Positions 26,493-32,000 of a stretch of DNA of 32,000 nt are shown here, in pieces. How positions within the stretch are numbered: position 1 is the first letter of the stretch; every line of letters begins with the position of its first letter. A program made the position numbers and the translations under genes. Below the pieces are notes generated by a model. The model was not told the origin of the DNA and did not search any database. It saw only the letters and a program-made list of their open reading frames with translations. The DNA lies in contig NZ_CP092368.1 of assembly GCF_025021925.1 (NCBI RefSeq), forward strand, positions 210,001-242,000, written 5' to 3'. Source of the DNA: Candidatus Saccharimonadota bacterium. GTDB lineage: Bacteria > Pseudomonadota > Alphaproteobacteria > Rickettsiales > Anaplasmataceae.

Positions 26493-28880
26493 ATGAAGAT
26501 TATAAGTAATTTGAAATCTGAGTGTGCTATATTGCCAGTCCTACCCTTAAGAGAAGTAGTCATTTTCCCTACTATTATGGTTCCATTATTTATAGGTAGA
26601 AAAAAATCTATTTATGCATTAGAATATGCTCTCAATAATTCAATTAATAAAAATGAGATTTTTCTTGTAGCACAGAGAGATGGTGCTATTGATAATCCAG
26701 ATCCAGAACATTTATATCAGGTAGGTGTAGTTGCAAAGATTATCCAACCATTAATTAAATTACCTGATAATGCAGTAAAAGTTGTCATTCAAGGGATAAG
26801 AAGAGCCAAGATTTCAGAGTATATTACTTCTCATGACTTACTACAAGGTAAGCTAGAAGTAGAAATCAATAACATACAATACATAGAAGATGAAGAACAT
26901 ATTGATTTAGAAGCTTTAAGAAGATCTGTAATTAATGCATTTGATAATTTGTGTAAATTGAATAAGAAGAATCAACCTGACAGTATCATGAATCCTATTG
27001 ATAATATCACAGATATTGATCAACTAGTGGATACTATAGCATCATATTTAAATATTAAGGTTTCAGATAAACAAAGTCTTCTTGAGACTTATGATCTGAA
27101 AGAACGTTTAAAACAAGTGTTTACATTGATTGAGCAAGAAATTACTATTTTAAATATACAAAACAATTTATATAAAACAATTAAATCGCAAATTGAGTCT
27201 ACACAAAAAGTGTATTACCTGAATGAACAATTAAAAGCCATTCAAAAAGAATTAGGTGAATTTGAGAATGTTGATGAAGGAGATTCGATTAGTGAATTCG
27301 AAAAAAAAATATATGATAGACAGCTCTCACAAGAAGCAAAAGAGAAAGCACTCTCTGATTTAAAAAGATATAAAAAAATGAATGCTATGTCACCTGAAGC
27401 TACTGCTATCTCCGGATATCTCAATTGGTTACTTGATTTACCATGGGGTAAATATAAAAATGCAAAAATTAATTTGAATATAGCAAAAAGCATATTAGAT
27501 AAAAACCATTATGGAATTGAAAAAGTAAAAGATAGAATAATAGAATTTCTAGCAGTACTAAAAAGAGTAAAAGCAATAAAAGGACCTATTCTTTGTTTAG
27601 TTGGACCTCCTGGTGTAGGTAAGACTTCCTTGGCAAGATCTATGGCAAAAGCAGTAGGTAGAGATTTTGTACGCATTTCACTTGGTGGTATACGTGACGA
27701 ATCTGAAATACGTGGACATAGAAAAACATATATTGCATCCATGCCTGGTAAAATTATTCAACAGATGAAGAAGGCAAACTCTTGTAATCCGCTGTTTTTG
27801 CTAGACGAGATAGATAAAATGAGTTCTGACTCTCGTGGTGATCCAGCATCTGCATTACTTGAAGTCTTAGATACTGAACATAATAAGCATTTTACAGATC
27901 ATTATTTGGAGGTTGAATTTGATCTTTCACGTGTTATGTTTGTAGCAACAGCAAACAGCTTAAATTTACCTCATCCTTTATCTGATAGAATGGAGATCAT
28001 AAAATTATCTGGTTATACTGAAGATGAAAAAATGAATATTGCTAAGTATCATATAATACCTAAACTAAAAAAAGAGCATGGTATTCGTCAAAAGGAATGG
28101 AATATTACTGATGATGCATTATATCAAATAATACGTTTATATACACGTGAAAGTGGTGTGCGTAATATGGAAAGAGAACTTGCAAAACTTATGAGAAAAG
28201 CTGTCAAAGAAATTCTCATCACAAAGAGTAAGCAAATTTCTGTTGAGGTGAATAATCTAAATGATTATTTAGGTGTACATCAATATTCTTTTGGTATTGC
28301 AGAACATGAGAGTTTATCAGGCATTGTCACTGGACTCGCATATACTGAAACAGGTGGTGATCTGTTAATGATAGAATCAGTATTAATACCAGGTAAGGGA
28401 GAAATCAAATATACAGGTAAGCTTGGAGAAGTGATGCAAGAGTCTATAAAAGCTGCATATAGTTATATTCGCTCCAATTGTGTATTTTTTGGTATTAGAC
28501 CTGATAAATTTCAAGATAATGATATTCATCTTCATGTACCTGAAGGTGCTATTCCAAAAGATGGTCCTTCTGCTGGTAGTGCAGTCTGTACTTCTATCGT
28601 TTCCTTAATGACTAATATACCAGTAAATAAAAGTATTGCTATGACAGGTGAAGTAACATTACGAGGTAGAGTACTAGCTATCGGAGGTTTAAGAGAAAAA
28701 TTACTAGCAGCATTAAGAGGCTCAATTCATACTGTGATTTTACCTAGCGCTAATAAGAAAGATATGCAAGAAATTCCTACAAGCATAAAAGATAGAATCA
28801 AAATAGTCTTTGCTAAAAGCATTGATGAAGTAATTAAAATTGCCTTAATACAACCTATTATTCCAATTAGTAATGAATAG
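26493..28880 (+). CDS. lon: ATP-dependent Lon protease
   Basis: LON N-domain, Walker A GPPGVGKTS, Walker B LFLLDEIDK, protease Ser in PKDGPSAGSA, and Lys in GGLREKLLAA. ATG 26493 is preferred, with GAGGGA 8 nt upstream spanning the clpX stop. The track's GTG 26472 would overlap clpX. Confidence 0.95.
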   Translation: MKIISNLKSECAILPVLPLREVVIFPTIMVPLFIGRKKSIYALEYALNNSINKNEIFLVAQRDGAIDNPDPEHLYQVGVVAKIIQPLIKLPDNAVKVVIQGIRRAKISEYITSHDLLQGKLEVEINNIQYIEDEEHIDLEALRRSVINAFDNLCKLNKKNQPDSIMNPIDNITDIDQLVDTIASYLNIKVSDKQSLLETYDLKERLKQVFTLIEQEITILNIQNNLYKTIKSQIESTQKVYYLNEQLKAIQKELGEFENVDEGDSISEFEKKIYDRQLSQEAKEKALSDLKRYKKMNAMSPEATAISGYLNWLLDLPWGKYKNAKINLNIAKSILDKNHYGIEKVKDRIIEFLAVLKRVKAIKGPILCLVGPPGVGKTSLARSMAKAVGRDFVRISLGGIRDESEIRGHRKTYIASMPGKIIQQMKKANSCNPLFLLDEIDKMSSDSRGDPASALLEVLDTEHNKHFTDHYLEVEFDLSRVMFVATANSLNLPHPLSDRMEIIKLSGYTEDEKMNIAKYHIIPKLKKEHGIRQKEWNITDDALYQIIRLYTRESGVRNMERELAKLMRKAVKEILITKSKQISVEVNNLNDYLGVHQYSFGIAEHESLSGIVTGLAYTETGGDLLMIESVLIPGKGEIKYTGKLGEVMQESIKAAYSYIRSNCVFFGIRPDKFQDNDIHLHVPEGAIPKDGPSAGSAVCTSIVSLMTNIPVNKSIAMTGEVTLRGRVLAIGGLREKLLAALRGSIHTVILPSANKKDMQEIPTSIKDRIKIVFAKSIDEVIKIALIQPIIPISNE

Positions 28881-29112
28881 AATAATATCTTTTTCATATT
28901 CTACAAAGCATATAAAGACATTTTTTACGGAAATATAAGATTCAACAGAAGATTTACAAATAATTTGCATATAATATACACAAGCTTTTTATATGATATT
29001 TATATTGCACAGTATTAATAATACGAGTCTAAATACAACGAAGAAAAAAGAAGAAATAATAAGTTTTTATTAATGAATTTCTATATTATATTTATTGTGA
29101 TATATTATAATA

Positions 29113-30333
29113 CTATTTCTTGATATCAGTAGCATAGTTATTTGGATTGTTTTTTAAAGCAATAATTCCTGGCATTTCATTATTACTGAACCAATTTAAA
29201 AAAGCTCCTCCACCAGTAGAAACATATGTAAAATCTTTATCAGTTAACATTGTGCTATGCATTGCAGAGATACTGTCACCTCCACCGATTATGCTAGATA
29301 ATTTTCCTACATAAGTGAGTCTACTAATTTCTTTCATTAATGCAATTGTACCATTTGCAAAAGCTGAATGTTCAAACATACCCATTGGACCATTCCAGAT
29401 GAGCATTTTGCTCTTTCTAAGTATAGTCTTTATAGAATGTACAGTCTTAATGCCTACATCTAAAATTGTATCATCATCTAACACATCTTGAATGTTTCTC
29501 AGAATACTCACATTATAATTAGAATTTCTAGCTACTAATATATCTTCTGGTAGAAGAATTCTACAATTATTGTTATGTGATGTCACAATACACTCCTCTA
29601 ATATACTATCAATCCCATCTTGAAAAAAAGATTTTCCTATATTAATTTTATTAAAAAGTAAAAAATTATTAGCAATAGCACCACCTAAAATTAAATAATC
29701 AACTTTTTGTGCTAGTGTTTTTAGAATCTTGATCTTATTTAGTATTTTTGAGCCTCCAATAATTGCAGTGACTGGTTTATCTTGATATGATATCGCTTGC
29801 TGAAGAAATTTAATCTCGTTTTGTAAACAAAATCCTCCATAGGAAGGTAAAAATCTTGTAATACCTACAATAGATGCATGAGTTCTATGAGAACAAGAAA
29901 ATGCATCATTTATATATATATCAGCTAGATCTGATAATTCTCTAGCAAAGTCGGAGCTATTAGATTCTTCTTCTTGATAAAATCTAACATTTTCTAATAG
30001 AATGATATCACCATTTTTCATCTTCTGAATCTTTAAGAGTACCTTATGTCCAATACAATCATCAATAAATTGTACATCTCTATTGAATATTGATGATACA
30101 GTATCAACTATTTTTCTAAGAGAAAGATTATTATTTCTCATAGTAGGACGTCCAAAGTGTGATAAGAGAATAATCTTTGTATTTTGATGTTTTAAATATT
30201 GAATAGTAGGTAATACTCTCAAAATGCGAGTAATATCACAAATCTTATCATGTTCTATAGGAACATTAAAATCTACTCTGAGTAATACCGTTTTACTGTG
30301 TAGATTACAATGCTCTATATTGGGTATGCTCAT
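29113..30333 (-). CDS. pgk: Phosphoglycerate kinase
   Basis: 406 aa. ...VLLRVDFNVP..., ...NDAFSCSHRTHAS... and ...STGGGAFL... are PGK signatures. Confidence 0.92.
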   Translation of the reverse strand: MSIPNIEHCNLHSKTVLLRVDFNVPIEHDKICDITRILRVLPTIQYLKHQNTKIILLSHFGRPTMRNNNLSLRKIVDTVSSIFNRDVQFIDDCIGHKVLLKIQKMKNGDIILLENVRFYQEEESNSSDFARELSDLADIYINDAFSCSHRTHASIVGITRFLPSYGGFCLQNEIKFLQQAISYQDKPVTAIIGGSKILNKIKILKTLAQKVDYLILGGAIANNFLLFNKINIGKSFFQDGIDSILEECIVTSHNNNCRILLPEDILVARNSNYNVSILRNIQDVLDDDTILDVGIKTVHSIKTILRKSKMLIWNGPMGMFEHSAFANGTIALMKEISRLTYVGKLSSIIGGGDSISAMHSTMLTDKDFTYVSTGGGAFLNWFSNNEMPGIIALKNNPNNYATDIKK

Positions 30334-30479
30334 TATGATATCACACAGAATATGATAATATTATACATATTATATATCAGCAAGTAAAGAACGACTCATA
30401 AAAGAGTATATTGATAATTATAGACCACTTCTCTCTCTTTATAAAGAAATAAAAATAATAATAATAATGATACTTGATA

Positions 30480-31415
30480 TTAGAGATAAATAGGGATAAG
30501 TTGAGAAAAAAACAATGATATTACCATAGGTACATAAAATAATCCTACAGTAAAACTAATCAGTAATAATAAAGTAGCTTTATCTGGCTGGTAATTTAAA
30601 ATACTAGCAAGTACTATACTAGAGCCTGATACTGGGATGATAGCTAATAATAGTAACGCTTTATATATATTTTCATCATATAAACCTATAATAGATTTAT
30701 CTATAAGAACAATTCCTAATACAAATAATGGCCAAAATAAGTATTTTGCTATTACAGTAGTAAGAGCAAGCGTCCAATCTACTTTAAAACTTTTAATTTG
30801 TGCAATACTGACACCAAGTAACATCATACCTAATGTGATAAATGTACTTCTAATATTTAGCATAATATCTATTAAAAAGTTAGGTACTGTGATATTATAT
30901 ATACTCAAAAAGAATCCTAAGATCATTGCATATGATGAAGGCAATTTAAACAGTCGCAACATGCTTTCTCTTGCAGTATAAATACCATTTGCTGCTATAT
31001 AAAATCCTAAGCTATTTTCAAATAATGCCATACCTATATAACAGATAACATATACAGATATAGTCTCTTCATCGAATAATGCCATAGCAATCGGCAATCC
31101 AAAGTATCCCATACTTGTACTTCCTGAACTAAATGCTAATATATTTCTTGTATTATCTTTAAATAAAAAAGAAGACAGATAATATACTAATAAAGACATA
31201 GTAATACCAATAAACCATATTAAAATAGGCAAAGAAATAACTTTTAAATTTACTTCTGTACGAGAGACTCCATATAAAATGACTATTGGATTCGCTATAT
31301 AAAAAAGAATTTGAGATATAGTATTTCTATCACTTTTAAGATATTTACCCGCTAAATATCCAATAAATATTGTAATATAAATAGGTAATATTTTTAGAAA
31401 AAGAGTCAGGAACAT
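30480..31415 (-). CDS. Auxin efflux carrier (AEC) family permease (malate/malonate-permease-like)
   Basis: 311 aa and about 10 hydrophobic segments in two halves. The N-terminus ...ILPIYITIFIGYLAGKY... is typical of AEC/MleP-type membrane transport proteins. Substrate unknown. Confidence 0.72.
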   Translation of the reverse strand: MFLTLFLKILPIYITIFIGYLAGKYLKSDRNTISQILFYIANPIVILYGVSRTEVNLKVISLPILIWFIGITMSLLVYYLSSFLFKDNTRNILAFSSGSTSMGYFGLPIAMALFDEETISVYVICYIGMALFENSLGFYIAANGIYTARESMLRLFKLPSSYAMILGFFLSIYNITVPNFLIDIMLNIRSTFITLGMMLLGVSIAQIKSFKVDWTLALTTVIAKYLFWPLFVLGIVLIDKSIIGLYDENIYKALLLLAIIPVSGSSIVLASILNYQPDKATLLLLISFTVGLFYVPMVISLFFSQLIPIYL

Positions 31416-31445
31416 GCGAGTGTGAATTACAACCTGTCTGATATT

Positions 31446-31474
31446 GTATGATTGATAACATCACATTAGATATT
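31446..31474. repeat. Copy 1 of an imperfect ~30-bp direct repeat containing GATAACATC
   Basis: The core gataacatcacattagatatt (31454-31474) matches 31625-31645 at 19 of 21 positions. The upstream gtatgatt aligns with gtatagattgaa of copy 2 if small indels are allowed. Confidence 0.5.
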
Positions 31475-31612
31475 AAGATATTAGAAAAGTAAATATAATT
31501 TTATTACAACACACTCAAATGATAATACATTCTATACTATTGTTAATTTTCAATATATTTCTATAGACAAATCTGTAAAAATACAATATATCATCTCATC
31601 ATATATATTATA

Positions 31613-31645
31613 GTATAGATTGAAGATAACATCTCACTAGATATT
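31613..31645. repeat. Copy 2 of the imperfect ~30-bp direct repeat, which also forms the 5' arm of an inverted repeat
   Basis: The core gataacatctcactagatatt (31625-31645) is 19/21 identical to copy 1. ATAACAT at 31626-31632 pairs with ATGTTAT at 31661-31667, around the 10-bp palindrome CTCATATGAG at 31647-31656. Confidence 0.5.
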
Positions 31646-32000
31646 GCTCATATGAGAGATATGTTATGACTATAACATACGTAAATTTTATTTTAATATA
31701 TAAAAATATCATAGCATATGTCTTATTAATATAATGAAAACTCTAAAAGAGCTCACTGATATTTCTGAAGAATAAAATAGAAAATAATATATAAGAATTA
31801 TATAATATTTATAATTAAGATTATTATACAGTATTGACACTATATTAAGGAATACCCATGAGAAGAGAGATTGTAAATGTAAGTATTTATACTTGACATT
31901 TTCTTTTTTCTTTCTATCTTTAGAACTGCATTCATGATTAGCTAAAACTCAATTTGTCTTCATCTATTGTTAATCATATTAGAATGATTTTAAAAAATAA

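Noticed and set aside
30431-30468. Short simple-sequence repeats between the AEC permease and pgk: (CT)4 at about 30431-30438 and (AAT)5 at 30454-30468
   Set aside because: The copy number is very low and they lie in non-coding AT-rich DNA. Nothing suggests a phase-variable switch.
31847-31896. 12-codon mini-ORF (MRREIVNVSIYT) with a good AAGGA Shine-Dalgarno sequence 6 nt upstream of ATG 31858
   Set aside because: It is too short to support without conservation or expression data, and there is no obvious attenuator structure following it.
1-32000. Searched for CRISPR arrays, IS or transposon ends, integrase or phage genes, toxin-antitoxin pairs, defence islands and long tandem repeats
   Set aside because: None seen. 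Every ORF of 130 aa or more that is not an antisense shadow has a clear housekeeping identity, and the spacers contain no regularly spaced repeats.

Overview
This is a strongly AT-rich, gene-dense housekeeping window. I call 28 protein-coding genes (one cut by the left edge) and one tRNA. I found no rRNA, CRISPR array, transposase, integrase, phage gene or defence-system gene.

Gene order, left to right:
- dnaN (3' part), ftsY
- iscU-iscA-hscB-hscA
- lepB, smpB, an isolated mrpE-like gene
- purN, ribF, grxC, topA
- trhO-like rhodanese, apaG, purK, asd
- APC permease, lpdA, bamB-like
- a second lpdA, gshB
- tRNA-Leu(UAG), then tig-clpP-clpX-lon
- pgk and an AEC-family permease

The gene content and base composition suggest a reduced obligate-intracellular alphaproteobacterium of the Anaplasmataceae, probably Ehrlichia-like. 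The basis is: purine-synthesis genes plus pgk, an ISC system, I/N/K-rich proteins, and several 300-600 bp AT-rich spacers. This is inference, not a database match.

I did not find a convincing novel multi-gene system. The observations most worth a second look are:
- an HscB co-chaperone with no HPD tripeptide anywhere in the ORF
- a glutaredoxin with a CIFC active site instead of CPYC
- a tightly overlapping bamB-like/lpdA/amino-acid-permease unit
- a cluster of ATAACAT-containing direct and inverted repeats upstream of the AEC permease
- an 18-bp motif shared by two convergent-gene spacers

All remaining track ORFs are antisense shadows of the real genes.
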